A stretch of DNA of 64,000 nt, taken from contig CACMVB010000005.1 in assembly GCA_902617025.1 (NCBI GenBank), forward strand, positions 328 to 64,327. Direction: 5' to 3'. The notes under the pieces are model-generated. The model saw only the letters and a program-made list of their open reading frames with translations. It had not been told where the DNA came from and ran no database searches. Numbering within the stretch: the first letter of the stretch is position 1; the number at the start of each line of letters is the position of its first letter. The stretch is from an uncultured Pelagibacteraceae bacterium (GTDB lineage Bacteria; Pseudomonadota; Alphaproteobacteria; Pelagibacterales; Pelagibacteraceae). The position numbers were made by a program, and so were the translations under genes. Shown one piece after another: positions 41,105 through 50,837 of this stretch.

Positions 41105-41902
41105 ATGTCATCACCTATAACTCTAGCAATCATAAATCAGAAAGGTGGCGTAGGAAAAACCACTACAGTGATCAACTTAGCTGCTTCACTGTCCATTATG
41201 GGTCAAAATAATTTAGTTATTGATTTAGATCCACAAGGCAATGCAACAACTGGGCTGGGTAAAAACAATAATGATGATGATAAGAATGTTTACAATCTTT
41301 TAATAAAAAAAACTAATATTGAAAATATAATTCAGAAAACAGATATTAAAAATTTAGATTTAATAGGTTCTCATGTAAATCTTTCTGGTCTTGAGGTTGA
41401 AACTGCAAATGACTCTAACAGGGCATTTGTGTTGAAAGAAATTTTAAACTCAAAGAAAGACGGTCTATTAAAAAAATACGATAATATTTTTATAGATTGT
41501 CCTCCGTCTTTAAGTTTACTCACTATAATGGCATTAGTGGCTTCAGATGAATTGTTGGTACCACTTCAAACAGAATTCTTTGCATTAGAAGGTATTACTC
41601 AACTTGTAAAAACAATAGATCGCATTAAAGAAAATCTAAATCCTAGTCTTAAAATAAGAGGTATTTTACTAACAATGTTTGACAAAAGAAACAAACTTTC
41701 ATCTGAGGTTGACAGAGAGGCAAGAAGTTATTTTAAAGAAAAAGTTTATCAGACTGTAATTCAAAGAAACGTACGTTTATCCGAAGCACCCTCACATGGA
41801 TTACCTTGTGTAGTATATGATAAAAATTGTACTGGAAGTAAATCTTATTTTAAACTAGCTGAAGAATTTTTAAAAAAAAATCAAATTGAAAGTGCTGCAT
41901 GA
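41105..41902 (+). CDS. parA: Chromosome partitioning ATPase ParA
   Basis: Deviant Walker A NQKGGVGKTTT, DLDPQGN and DCPP motifs. Confidence 0.93.
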   Translation: MSSPITLAIINQKGGVGKTTTVINLAASLSIMGQNNLVIDLDPQGNATTGLGKNNNDDDKNVYNLLIKKTNIENIIQKTDIKNLDLIGSHVNLSGLEVETANDSNRAFVLKEILNSKKDGLLKKYDNIFIDCPPSLSLLTIMALVASDELLVPLQTEFFALEGITQLVKTIDRIKENLNPSLKIRGILLTMFDKRNKLSSEVDREARSYFKEKVYQTVIQRNVRLSEAPSHGLPCVVYDKNCTGSKSYFKLAEEFLKKNQIESAA

Positions 41903-42753
41903 ATGCTGGAAAAAAGAGAGGTTTAGGTAGAGGATTATCCGCTTTATTCGGGGATACAGTTCCTAAGGAAAAATCATCTACAACTAATCAAAATAATATG
42001 GCTGCTATCGCTGATTTAACTCGTAATCCATTTCAACCTAGACAAAGTTTTAAAGAGGAAAAACTTGAAGAATTAGCTAACTCAATTAGAAAAAACGGGA
42101 TTATTCAGCCAATAGCAGTAAGACAAAGCAAATCTAGTACCGGAAAATACGAAATAGTAGCTGGTGAGAGAAGATGGCTTGCAGCTCAAAGGGCCGGTTT
42201 ACACGAAATTCCAGTTACAATATTAAACCTATCAGATGTTGAGTCTTTGGAGGTTGCAATTGTAGAAAATATTCAGAGAGATGATCTTAATCCAATTGAA
42301 GAGGCTAAAGGATATAAAAGATTAAACGAAGAGTTCAAATATGATCACGAGAGTATATCAAAATTGATGTCGAAAAGTAGGAGTCATATAAGCAATACTT
42401 TAAGACTTTTATCTCTACCGAGCGATGTTATCGCTATGTTAGAAGAAGGTACTTTAACCTCAGGTCAAGCAAGACCTTTAATTGGTATATCGAATGCCTC
42501 TTCAATCGCAGAAGAGATTGTGTCTAAAAATTATAGTGCTAGAAAAGTTGAATATCTTGTCAGAAATAAAAAGGGCCATAAAAGCGAAAAAACAGTTGAT
42601 ACAAATATTCTTAAAACACAGGAAAAAATTCAAAAAATTCTTGGACTTAAAGTTAATATTATTAATAAAAAAAATAATTCCGGAAAAGTTACAATTGAAT
42701 ATAAAGATTTAGAACAGTTTGAATTAATTTCAGATTTATTAACTAAGCATTAG
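41899..42753 (+). CDS. parB: Chromosome partitioning protein ParB
   Basis: RGLGRGL, NP.QPR, GI.QPI.VR, AGERRW.AA and ENIQR.DLNP.EEA motifs. Confidence 0.93.
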   Translation: MNAGKKRGLGRGLSALFGDTVPKEKSSTTNQNNMAAIADLTRNPFQPRQSFKEEKLEELANSIRKNGIIQPIAVRQSKSSTGKYEIVAGERRWLAAQRAGLHEIPVTILNLSDVESLEVAIVENIQRDDLNPIEEAKGYKRLNEEFKYDHESISKLMSKSRSHISNTLRLLSLPSDVIAMLEEGTLTSGQARPLIGISNASSIAEEIVSKNYSARKVEYLVRNKKGHKSEKTVDTNILKTQEKIQKILGLKVNIINKKNNSGKVTIEYKDLEQFELISDLLTKH

Positions 42754-43726
42754 CTAGATAGCATACGTCCACAATAAATTTTTTTATTAAGCATTCTTTA
42801 TTAATCAACCCATTCGATTTCAAAATCATCTCAATACCATATGTTTTTTTTATTAAATTTTTAATTTTTTTGTTGTCCCATTTTTTTGCCTGATCTATAA
42901 AATTTTTTTTGTCCTTCCAAAATATTGGTGGCTTTAATTTGTTAATTTTCATTTCTAAATTAGCACCTTCGATTTTATTAATATCAAGCAATTTATTAAG
43001 TCTTTGATTAATCATATTTAAATACAGCATGTTTTTTTCAGGTTCTATTACTGTAGTTGATAATAAATCATTAGTCTTTTTTGAATTACCAAGTAGTGCT
43101 TGATCTTTAATATCATTAAAATTGTCATTTATTCTAGTATCTAATAACTTTTCAAGTCTTTCAGTTTCAATTTTCCTATCATTGAATAATGTTATTATTT
43201 TATCTAATTCATTATTTAGTTTAACCCTATTCATATTACAATTGTCAAAGATTATGTTTTTATTTTGTTGATTTAGACCTTCGAAACCAGAAAGCCTTGT
43301 TTCTATAATCTGTCTTATTGTAATCTCGTTATCTTCGTAACAAGCGATGAGTGAACATGATTCTGATTTTTCAAAATAAGTTCTTAATTTTGATTTTTTT
43401 TCAAGTATATCAGAAAATAAATAAATTTTTTGTTCTGAAATAATTTTTTCAACATCTATTATTAAGTCAAGAATTTTATCATTAACATTTTCAATAAAAA
43501 AAATCTTTTTTTCATTAAATAAAGAAACATTATTTATTTCTGATATTAATAAATTATTGTTGAGAATATCGTCTTGATTAAGCCTAATAATTTTTTCTTT
43601 TATATTTAAATTTTTTAACTTTTTTTTAAAATCATTTTTTAAACCCAGATTTTCGCCAAAAAATAAATTTATATTTTTATCCAGCTTTGAAATATTTTGT
43701 TCAATAATGTAGCTTTTAATTTGCAT
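42743..43726 (-). CDS. holA: DNA polymerase III delta subunit
   Basis: 327 aa. The start with ....LFFGEN.GL and the conserved leuS-lptE-holA order support HolA. The sequence itself is divergent. Confidence 0.68.
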   Translation of the reverse strand: MQIKSYIIEQNISKLDKNINLFFGENLGLKNDFKKKLKNLNIKEKIIRLNQDDILNNNLLISEINNVSLFNEKKIFFIENVNDKILDLIIDVEKIISEQKIYLFSDILEKKSKLRTYFEKSESCSLIACYEDNEITIRQIIETRLSGFEGLNQQNKNIIFDNCNMNRVKLNNELDKIITLFNDRKIETERLEKLLDTRINDNFNDIKDQALLGNSKKTNDLLSTTVIEPEKNMLYLNMINQRLNKLLDINKIEGANLEMKINKLKPPIFWKDKKNFIDQAKKWDNKKIKNLIKKTYGIEMILKSNGLINKECLIKKFIVDVCYLANA

Positions 43727-44180
43727 TGAGCTGAGATTTAATAGCGTTGATTAATTGATCACTCAGGTTATTAGTAAGTGATTTAATTATCTTCCTTTCT
43801 TTATTCCGAGTTTTTACAAATTGATCCTCAACATTGTAATCCGCGCTTACACTTTTGGTAATATCAAAACTTGTAATTTTATTGGTCTCCTCTATTTTTG
43901 CAGATGCACTTAATTTAATAGTATATTTTGTAATTTCATTTTGAATATTTTTCTCTTTTATTTCTTTAATTTTTTTAACTTGTAAATTCACTTTTATTAA
44001 ATTTTTAGAATATTCAGAAGAATTATTAATTATTTTTTTTCTTAAATTAAATGCTACTCTTGAGTCACCAGTAGTGAGAACTTCTTTGACTTTAAAGTCA
44101 CCAAAATCATCTTTTGTGACAACTTTAAATCCACAATTAGATAAAAAAATAATTAGCAGGAGTAAAACAAATCTTTTCAT
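43716..44180 (-). CDS. lptE: LPS-assembly lipoprotein LptE
   Basis: Lipobox LSNCGF, 154 aa, located between leuS and holA as in most proteobacteria. Confidence 0.6.
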   Translation of the reverse strand: MKRFVLLLLIIFLSNCGFKVVTKDDFGDFKVKEVLTTGDSRVAFNLRKKIINNSSEYSKNLIKVNLQVKKIKEIKEKNIQNEITKYTIKLSASAKIEETNKITSFDITKSVSADYNVEDQFVKTRNKERKIIKSLTNNLSDQLINAIKSQLNAN

Positions 44181-44183
44181 TAG

Positions 44184-46697
44184 CTATTTTGTAATATAAT
44201 TTATTATTCTATTTTTGACGAAGATGGTTTTTAAAATTTTATTTCCCTCTACATATTTTTTTGCTTTTGAACTTTTCATTACGAACTTAGTTATTTCACT
44301 TTCTGATTGATCCTTTTTCATTTCAATTATATCTCTGGTTTTACCGTTTATTTGAACCGCTATCCTTATTTCATCTAAAATATTATTTTTATCAATAGTT
44401 GGCCATATATTTGTTGTTTTGCATTTTAATTGTTCCAAACATTCATAAGCTAAATGAGGTGCAAATGGGACTAATATTTTCATTACTTTTTCTAAACCCT
44501 CCTTTAGAAGAGAATTACTTATGTTTAAATCTAAACTGTCTTTTAAATACTTGTATATTTCATAGAAGTAAGCGATTGAAACATTAAATCTAAAATTATC
44601 TATGGATAAATTAATTTTGTTAACATAATTATTTATTCCCATAATGAATTTGTCTCCTTCTTTTTTATTATTTTTCGTTTCCTTTCTTGAAATTATTAAA
44701 TGATTTAAATTCCAAATTTTTTGAAGAAATTTACTAGCAGACGCAACTCCAGCATCAGTCCATTGTATATCTTTCTCTGGCGGGCTATCAGATAATATAA
44801 ACCATCTTATTGCATCAGCACCATACTCATTAATCATGACCTCCGGATCAATAGTATTTTTTTTTGATTTAGACATAGACTCAGGAGGTCCGACAATTAC
44901 TTCACTTTTATCTTTTTTTGTAAAAAATTTATTATTACTCTTTTCAACTTCATGCGGATATAGCCAATTTCCATTTTTGTCTTTATACGACTCATGGCAA
45001 ACCATTCCCTGAGTAAACAAGTTTTTGAAAGGCTCCGAAATATTTAAATTTTTATAACATTGGTCAATTCCTTTTGTAAAAAAACGTGAATATAGAAGAT
45101 GAAGTATTGCATGCTCAATACCTCCAATATATTGATCTACGGGCATCCAATAATTAATCTTTTTTTCGTCAAAAGCTGAGTCTTTATGTTTTGGAGAACA
45201 AAATCTCAAAAAATACCACGATGAGTCAACAAACGTATCTAGAGTATCAGTTTCTCTCAAAGCTTTTTTTCCAGTGGATTTTTGGGTAGTTTTCCTCCAA
45301 GTCGGATGAGTCTCCAATGGGTTACCGGTAGCGTTAAGATCTATATCTTCCGGCAACTCTATGGGCAACTCACTTTTATCTACTGGGACTACACTTCCAT
45401 CTTCCAGATAAATCATTGGTATTGGACAGCCCCAATACCTTTGTCTAGATATACCCCAATCCTTTAATCTAAATAAAGTTTTTTTCTCTCCTAAATTTTT
45501 TTTCTCGATTTCAATAATTATCTTATCTTTTGCTTGATCTACATCTAATCCATTTAAAAATTCAGAATTTATAATTTTACCTGCACCTGTATAAGCCTCC
45601 TTAAGATCATCTTTCGACGATCCGTTAGAAACTACTTTAATTATTTCAAGATCATATTTTTTTGCAAAATCAAAATCTCTTTGATCGTGTGCTGGGCATC
45701 CAAAAATTGCTCCTTTACCATAATCCAACAAGACAAAGTTAGCAAAGTATACTGGTATCTTTTTGTTTTTTATAAAAGGATGAATAGCAAATAATTTCGA
45801 ATTATAACCTAACTTTTCTGCATTAGCTAAGGCTTCCTCAGTTGTTCCGGTTTTATTACACTTTTCTTTAAACTGTAAAAATTCATTGTTTTTTAGAAAA
45901 TCTTTACTTAATTCATGATCAACTGAAAGAGCGATAAAACTAGCTCCGAATATCGTATCCGGTCGTGTGGTAAACACACTTATTTCTTTTTCTAGGCCAT
46001 CAATTTTGAAGTTCATCTCACATCCAAATGATTTTCCAATCCAATTTTTTTGCATTAGCTTTACTTTATCTGGCCATCCTACTAGATTATCAAGGTCACT
46101 TAATAAAACTTCAGAAAATTTAGTAATATTGAAAAACCATTGAGATAATTTTTTTCTTTCAACTATAGCGTTTGAGCGCCAACCTTTACCATTAATAACT
46201 TGCTCGTTAGCTAAAACTGTTTTTTCGATTGGGTCCCAATTAACATAGGTTTCTTTTCTAGAAACTAAACCTTGATTGTAAAAGTCAATAAATAGCTCCT
46301 GTTGATGCTTATAATATTCTTTATCACAGGTTGATATCTCTTTATCCCAGTCGATAGATAGACCGAGTAATTTAAGCTGATTTTTCATCACTGTAATATT
46401 CTCTTCAGTCCATTTTCTAGGATGAAGTTTATTTAATCTTGAAGCATTTTCTGCAGGTAATCCAAAAGCATCCCAACCCATTGGATGTAAAACATTATAT
46501 CCATTTAAAAACTTATATCGTGCTATTACATCTCCAATAGTATAGTTCCTTACATGTCCCATATGAATTTTTCCTGATGGATATGGAAACATTTCAAGAC
46601 AGTAATATTTCTTCTCAGATTTATTATTGTGTACGGCGTTTATGGATTTATTTTCACGCCATTTTTTCTCTATGTTTAAAAAATTATAACGCTCCAT
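44184..46697 (-). CDS. leuS: Leucine--tRNA ligase
   Basis: [15 protein letters not shown] (HIGH), the editing domain, and KMSKSK (here SMSKSKKN) over 837 aa. Confidence 0.97.
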   Translation of the reverse strand: MERYNFLNIEKKWRENKSINAVHNNKSEKKYYCLEMFPYPSGKIHMGHVRNYTIGDVIARYKFLNGYNVLHPMGWDAFGLPAENASRLNKLHPRKWTEENITVMKNQLKLLGLSIDWDKEISTCDKEYYKHQQELFIDFYNQGLVSRKETYVNWDPIEKTVLANEQVINGKGWRSNAIVERKKLSQWFFNITKFSEVLLSDLDNLVGWPDKVKLMQKNWIGKSFGCEMNFKIDGLEKEISVFTTRPDTIFGASFIALSVDHELSKDFLKNNEFLQFKEKCNKTGTTEEALANAEKLGYNSKLFAIHPFIKNKKIPVYFANFVLLDYGKGAIFGCPAHDQRDFDFAKKYDLEIIKVVSNGSSKDDLKEAYTGAGKIINSEFLNGLDVDQAKDKIIIEIEKKNLGEKKTLFRLKDWGISRQRYWGCPIPMIYLEDGSVVPVDKSELPIELPEDIDLNATGNPLETHPTWRKTTQKSTGKKALRETDTLDTFVDSSWYFLRFCSPKHKDSAFDEKKINYWMPVDQYIGGIEHAILHLLYSRFFTKGIDQCYKNLNISEPFKNLFTQGMVCHESYKDKNGNWLYPHEVEKSNNKFFTKKDKSEVIVGPPESMSKSKKNTIDPEVMINEYGADAIRWFILSDSPPEKDIQWTDAGVASASKFLQKIWNLNHLIISRKETKNNKKEGDKFIMGINNYVNKINLSIDNFRFNVSIAYFYEIYKYLKDSLDLNISNSLLKEGLEKVMKILVPFAPHLAYECLEQLKCKTTNIWPTIDKNNILDEIRIAVQINGKTRDIIEMKKDQSESEITKFVMKSSKAKKYVEGNKILKTIFVKNRIINYITK

Positions 46698-46705
46698 AGA
46701 TAGTA

Positions 46706-47248
46706 TTATTTCTTAGTATCAGAGCCTTTTTTTATTAAAGAAGCTTTTTTAAGTATTACAGATAGTAATTCTTTTTTTATTTTTGAATTTTCTGGCAATA
46801 ATGAGATATTACAATTGTTTATTGTATTACAGTTTTTTCTATGAACGATCACTTTTAAACTATCTGCCCTTATATCATTTGATAAAAATCTAACTGTGAT
46901 TTTTAAAGACTCTCTATTGTTATTATTTTCTGAATACCAATCTGTAATTATCATTCCGCCAGAATAGTCAACTGTTGTTAAAGGAATAAAATCTAAAGTT
47001 TCTAAAGATGCTCGCCACATAGGATTAGAGCTACTAAATTCATAAGTTGTTTTTTTATTTCCTAAGCTACCAATACTTATGCCTCTACCTTGTTCAATAT
47101 TTCGTCTGGCTCTTTCATCCGGATCTAATGGTGTTTTTCTTAGATCAACTGGTTTTCTTATGTTTTTTAATTTTTCTCCAGCGCCACAGGAGTGTAAGAA
47201 AAATATAATAATTAAGTTTGTTATAAAAAATTTAAAATATTTGGTCAT
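46706..47248 (-). CDS. DUF3576-type lipoprotein
   Basis: Lipobox [35 protein letters not shown] matches my recollection of the DUF3576 core. The position upstream of leuS is conserved in alphaproteobacteria. Confidence 0.58.
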   Translation of the reverse strand: MTKYFKFFITNLIIIFFLHSCGAGEKLKNIRKPVDLRKTPLDPDERARRNIEQGRGISIGSLGNKKTTYEFSSSNPMWRASLETLDFIPLTTVDYSGGMIITDWYSENNNNRESLKITVRFLSNDIRADSLKVIVHRKNCNTINNCNISLLPENSKIKKELLSVILKKASLIKKGSDTKK

Positions 47249-47370
47249 TTTAACTTAGTGAATATGTTAATATATACATCAAATGTTATTAATAACGCAA
47301 AAAGCCAATAAAATTGAGACTTTTTTAATGTGGTAAATATATCACATAATCAAAAAAACTGGCTAAATTC

Positions 47371-47396
47371 AGGCGTTTTTTAAGAAATAAACGCCT
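47371..47396. other. Inverted repeat (8-bp stem) in the porin upstream region
   Basis: AGGCGTTT (47371-47378), a 10-nt loop, then AAACGCCT (47389-47396). It is the only G+C-containing palindrome in the 207-bp spacer, about 60 nt upstream of the porin ATG. Confidence 0.3.
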
Positions 47397-47455
47397 ATTT
47401 CAGATAAAAACTTGGAAGTTAATATAATAATTATATTAAAAATTAAGGAGAATAT

Positions 47456-48484
47456 ATGAAACAATTAAAGACAATCGTAGCTTTTGTAGCTGGATTATTT
47501 GCATTCACATCTGTGCAAGCAGGTGAAATGACAGTATCTGGTTCAATGCAAGCTACTTATCAGTCTGAAGTTGATGATGTATCTGGTAACCCATTAGGTT
47601 TAAACACAGACCTAACGTTCAGTGGTTCAGTAGATACAGACTTCGGAACTGCAACAATGTCTCTTGCAACTGATGGAACTTTCTTAGGTGAATCAGGTGC
47701 AGACCACACATATTCATTAGCAACAGACATGGGTACTTTCACAATTGGAAATTCCGGTGACTCAGCAAATGCAGTGGACGACATTACGCCAACAGCTTTT
47801 GAAGAAGCTAACGGTTCAGGATCAGGAACATACTCTGTAGACTTCGGTTCAGGTATGGACGGATCTATGAGCTTAAAATATGGAAACTCTGACCTTATGG
47901 GAACAGGAATTTCTGTATCTTACAGCTACTATCCAAAGCTTGACGGAACAACGAATAATGAAAAAGCAGCATCAGCAGATGCTAACTCAGCGAAAAAATC
48001 AGCTCAGTCAATGAATGTTGGTATTCCTTTATCAGGTGTACCAGTATTAGGTGACTCTCCACTTGGAGGAGCGAAAATTACGCTTGGTTACGAAAAATCT
48101 GACGCTATGTCAGCAGAGTTCCAACCTAAAGAAGGTGGTACAGTAGCAGTAGTGTTACCTGTAGGACCTTTATCTGTTGGTTACCAAAAGAAAGCTTATG
48201 CAGCAGTAGCAACAGCTAATGGAACTAAAACGTTCTATAAAGATGATGTTTACGGTATCGCATATGCAATCAATGATGACTTAGCTCTTTCTTGGAACGT
48301 GTATCAATCAGCACAACACAATAATGATGGTACAAACACTGAGCAAGAAACAAAATCATTAAACGTAGCTTACACAGTAGGTGGTTTAACAATTGGTTTC
48401 GCAGATGCTAAAACATCTAATGCAGCTTACACAGCAGCATCTGATGACGATACAAGAACTTTAAGTATTAAAACTGCGTTTTAA
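47456..48484 (+). CDS. Outer-membrane porin (beta-barrel)
   Basis: Signal peptide MKQLKTIVAFVAGLFAFTSVQA. Alternating amphipathic strands rich in G/S/T/A/D/Y, few Lys, and a C-terminal ...LSIKTAF (terminal Phe). Strong SD (AAGGAG) and a strong terminator. Confidence 0.72.
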   Translation: MKQLKTIVAFVAGLFAFTSVQAGEMTVSGSMQATYQSEVDDVSGNPLGLNTDLTFSGSVDTDFGTATMSLATDGTFLGESGADHTYSLATDMGTFTIGNSGDSANAVDDITPTAFEEANGSGSGTYSVDFGSGMDGSMSLKYGNSDLMGTGISVSYSYYPKLDGTTNNEKAASADANSAKKSAQSMNVGIPLSGVPVLGDSPLGGAKITLGYEKSDAMSAEFQPKEGGTVAVVLPVGPLSVGYQKKAYAAVATANGTKTFYKDDVYGIAYAINDDLALSWNVYQSAQHNNDGTNTEQETKSLNVAYTVGGLTIGFADAKTSNAAYTAASDDDTRTLSIKTAF

Positions 48485-48501
48485 TAATTACTGATCTAAA
48501 T

Positions 48502-49077
48502 TTAAAAAAGCCGGTTAATTATTTTAACCGGCTTTTTTTTTAGCTCTGATAAAATAGCAAATCCTTCAGATTTAACATTCTTGAGTGCGTTTAAATTTGA
48601 TAATTTAATTCCACCTAATGGAACGAGCTGTGTTCTCGAATTTTGAATGTATTTATTAAATTTAATCAGACCTAATGTAGGTGCACTTTTGTTGTAATCT
48701 ACTGTGAATAATTTAGACAAAAAAATATACTTACAGTTTTGTTTAATTTTTAAGTAAATTTCTTTTGAATTATGTGCAGAGCCTACTATATCAAAATTAT
48801 TTTTTTTAATATTAAGAGGTTTGAAATCTCTATATTTTGAAGACAAATATATCCCGTCCGCATTTAATTTAATTGCCATTTTAAGATCATTAACTACAAA
48901 AAACCTTATTAATTTTAATCTACATTTCTTTCTAAAGTTAAGTAAATCTCTGATATTTTCAATTTTTTTCTTGTTTCTATAGATGATAAAAAATTTATTG
49001 TATCTTTTTATATTTGATAAACTAATATCATTTATATTTTCAATAATTAAAAAATAATTTTTTTTAAAAACAAACAT
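48502..49077 (-). CDS. Thiamine-phosphate synthase (ThiE/TenI)-like protein
   Basis: ...V.ND...A..L.ADGI.L, GSAH...E and PLGGI motifs resemble the TMP-TENI fold. 191 aa. The 3' end runs through the terminator hairpin. Confidence 0.58.
   Translation of the reverse strand: MFVFKKNYFLIIENINDISLSNIKRYNKFFIIYRNKKKIENIRDLLNFRKKCRLKLIRFFVVNDLKMAIKLNADGIYLSSKYRDFKPLNIKKNNFDIVGSAHNSKEIYLKIKQNCKYIFLSKLFTVDYNKSAPTLGLIKFNKYIQNSRTQLVPLGGIKLSNLNALKNVKSEGFAILSELKKKPVKIINRLF
48504..48541. terminator. Bidirectional rho-independent terminator
   Basis: A6 (48504-48509), GCCGGTTAA (48510-48518), loop TTATT, TTAACCGGC (48524-48532), T9 (48533-48541). The A-run/T-run symmetry allows termination in both directions. 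Confidence 0.75.
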
Positions 49078-49728
49078 ATGAGCACAATAATAGATAGATT
49101 TAATAAAATAAATTCTAATATTAATAATTTAAAGTCTAATAAAAAAGTAAATATCATAGCTGTTAGCAAGACTTTTCCCTTAGAACATATAATGCCACTC
49201 GTTGAATATGGACACATTCATTTTGGTGAAAATAAAGTTCAAGAAGCCGTATCTAAATGGAGAGATATTAAGTTAAAAAGACAGAACTTAAAATTGCATA
49301 TGATTGGTAAACTTCAGAGCAACAAAGCTAAGAGTGCTGCAGAATTATTCGATTATATTCATTCTTTAGACAGTCAAAAACTGGCAGATATTTTTTCAAG
49401 TTTTGAAAAGAACAATCAGAAAAAACTTAAATATTTTATTCAAGTGAACATCGGTAACGAAACTCAAAAATCAGGTATACCTGAGAGCGAACTTGAGGCT
49501 TTTTTCAATTATTGTAAAATAGAAAAAAACTTATCAGTTCTTGGTCTGATGATAATACCTCCAAATGATCAAAATCATAACAAATATTTTAAACATATAG
49601 ATTACCTTAATAAATCTCTCGCTCTTGAAGAATTAAGCATGGGGATGTCATCAGATTATGAGGATGCTGTAAGATGTAACTCGACATTTGTAAGAATAGG
49701 AAGTTCTATATTTGGAGAAAGAAGTTAA
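49078..49728 (+). CDS. yggS: YggS-family pyridoxal-phosphate homeostasis protein
   Basis: AVSKT.P......L...G...FGEN.VQE, H.IG.LQ.NK, LSMGMS.D and R.G..IFG motifs. Confidence 0.88.
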   Translation: MSTIIDRFNKINSNINNLKSNKKVNIIAVSKTFPLEHIMPLVEYGHIHFGENKVQEAVSKWRDIKLKRQNLKLHMIGKLQSNKAKSAAELFDYIHSLDSQKLADIFSSFEKNNQKKLKYFIQVNIGNETQKSGIPESELEAFFNYCKIEKNLSVLGLMIIPPNDQNHNKYFKHIDYLNKSLALEELSMGMSSDYEDAVRCNSTFVRIGSSIFGERS

Positions 49729-50216
49729 TTTATAATTATTTTTGTTTTGCTTGTTATGAAATTAACTAATTTTTTTAACTCAACTCTTTTAATTGCAACA
49801 CACCCTTCTGTCGGTTCAAAATTACTTTTTGCAATGTGAATGAAAATTGCACTCCCTTTGTTTTTTTTAATAGGCTGCATGTTGAAATTAAGCACTAAAA
49901 TAATATCGTAGATATTATTTGTTTTATAAAGATTTTCAGACTTATAACTAAAAGGATATTTAATAAGTTTGTTATAATCTTTAGACAAAGGATCATCACA
50001 CCAACCCATATTTTTTTCTATTTGCATTTTTTTAATTTTTGATCGAAGCCTTTTTACTTTATCTTTTCTGTATAAAATTTTTTTAACCCTAAAAATCCCT
50101 TTTGGTGTTATTTGATCACCTTCTTTTTGTTTTTTGCCAATTCCTCTTCTCCCTATTGCACATTTTACTTTATAATTATTGTAAGTAAGGTATTTTTTAT
50201 TAATAAATATATGCAT
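49725..50216 (-). CDS. L,D-transpeptidase (YkuD) family protein
   Basis: CAIGRRGI...K.EGD..TP.G.F and the catalytic GSAIFIH........PTEGCVAI motif. Confidence 0.75.
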   Translation of the reverse strand: MHIFINKKYLTYNNYKVKCAIGRRGIGKKQKEGDQITPKGIFRVKKILYRKDKVKRLRSKIKKMQIEKNMGWCDDPLSKDYNKLIKYPFSYKSENLYKTNNIYDIILVLNFNMQPIKKNKGSAIFIHIAKSNFEPTEGCVAIKRVELKKLVNFITSKTKIIIN

Positions 50217-50837
50217 AAAATTAATGTCCTAATTCATGGACCTGACAGTTTCATCTCGACAATAAATGAACTTAAACCTTTTTTAAAGTTTAATTTAATC
50301 AATAACTTTAAACTCTCAGAGAATATGGAGAAAGCAGATTTTGATGCAATGATTTGTCATGAAATAGAATACAAAAAAATTACAAAATATATAAATAATT
50401 TTAATAATTGTTTAAAAATTTTAGCTTGTTCAAAGAGTAAAATGGAAAGAAAAACCATCTTTGATACTTTCTTAATCCTACCAACTTCAGTAGATGAGAT
50501 AAATAAAATTGTAGAGAATGAAATTGCAAAGAAAAAATTTAACAGAAATTCTTCAATTAATGTCAAATCGTACACATTAGACAAAAATGAAAAAAAACTC
50601 TTAAAAGAAAATATGTTTGTAATTTTAACTGAGAAAGAAATTCAACTAATTGAGTTATTTTTATATTCTAAAAAACCAATTTCAAAAGACAAAATATTAT
50701 CATCAGTTTGGAATTACTCATCAGATGCTGATACTCATACAGTAGAAACCCATATTTATAGACTTAGAAAAAAAATTAATGAAAAATTTTTAGATAGTAA
50801 ATTCATTTTAAATGATAAAGAAGGGTATTATCTGTGA
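50211..50837 (+). CDS. Atypical OmpR/PhoB-type winged-helix regulator with degenerate receiver domain
   Basis: C-terminal Trans_reg_C signature LTEKEIQLIELF......ISKDKIL..VW........HTVETHIYRLRKKI. The N-terminal ~110 aa are receiver-sized but lack the acidic pocket and phospho-Asp (HGPDS, DAMICHE). ATG 50211 is chosen because the tracked start at 50112 lies inside the divergent gene. Confidence 0.68.
   Translation: MHKINVLIHGPDSFISTINELKPFLKFNLINNFKLSENMEKADFDAMICHEIEYKKITKYINNFNNCLKILACSKSKMERKTIFDTFLILPTSVDEINKIVENEIAKKKFNRNSSINVKSYTLDKNEKKLLKENMFVILTEKEIQLIELFLYSKKPISKDKILSSVWNYSSDADTHTVETHIYRLRKKINEKFLDSKFILNDKEGYYL

Noticed and set aside
47456-48484. G+C-rich porin gene as a horizontally acquired island
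   Set aside because: There are no flanking repeats, tRNA, integrase or mobility genes. The same compositional shift is seen in the symporter gene. It is better explained by expression-linked codon bias and beta-barrel amino-acid composition.
50112-50210. N-terminal 33 codons of the tracked 241-aa regulator ORF
   Set aside because: It lies inside the divergent L,D-transpeptidase coding sequence and encodes a hydrophobic low-complexity peptide. ATG 50211 is the more plausible start.
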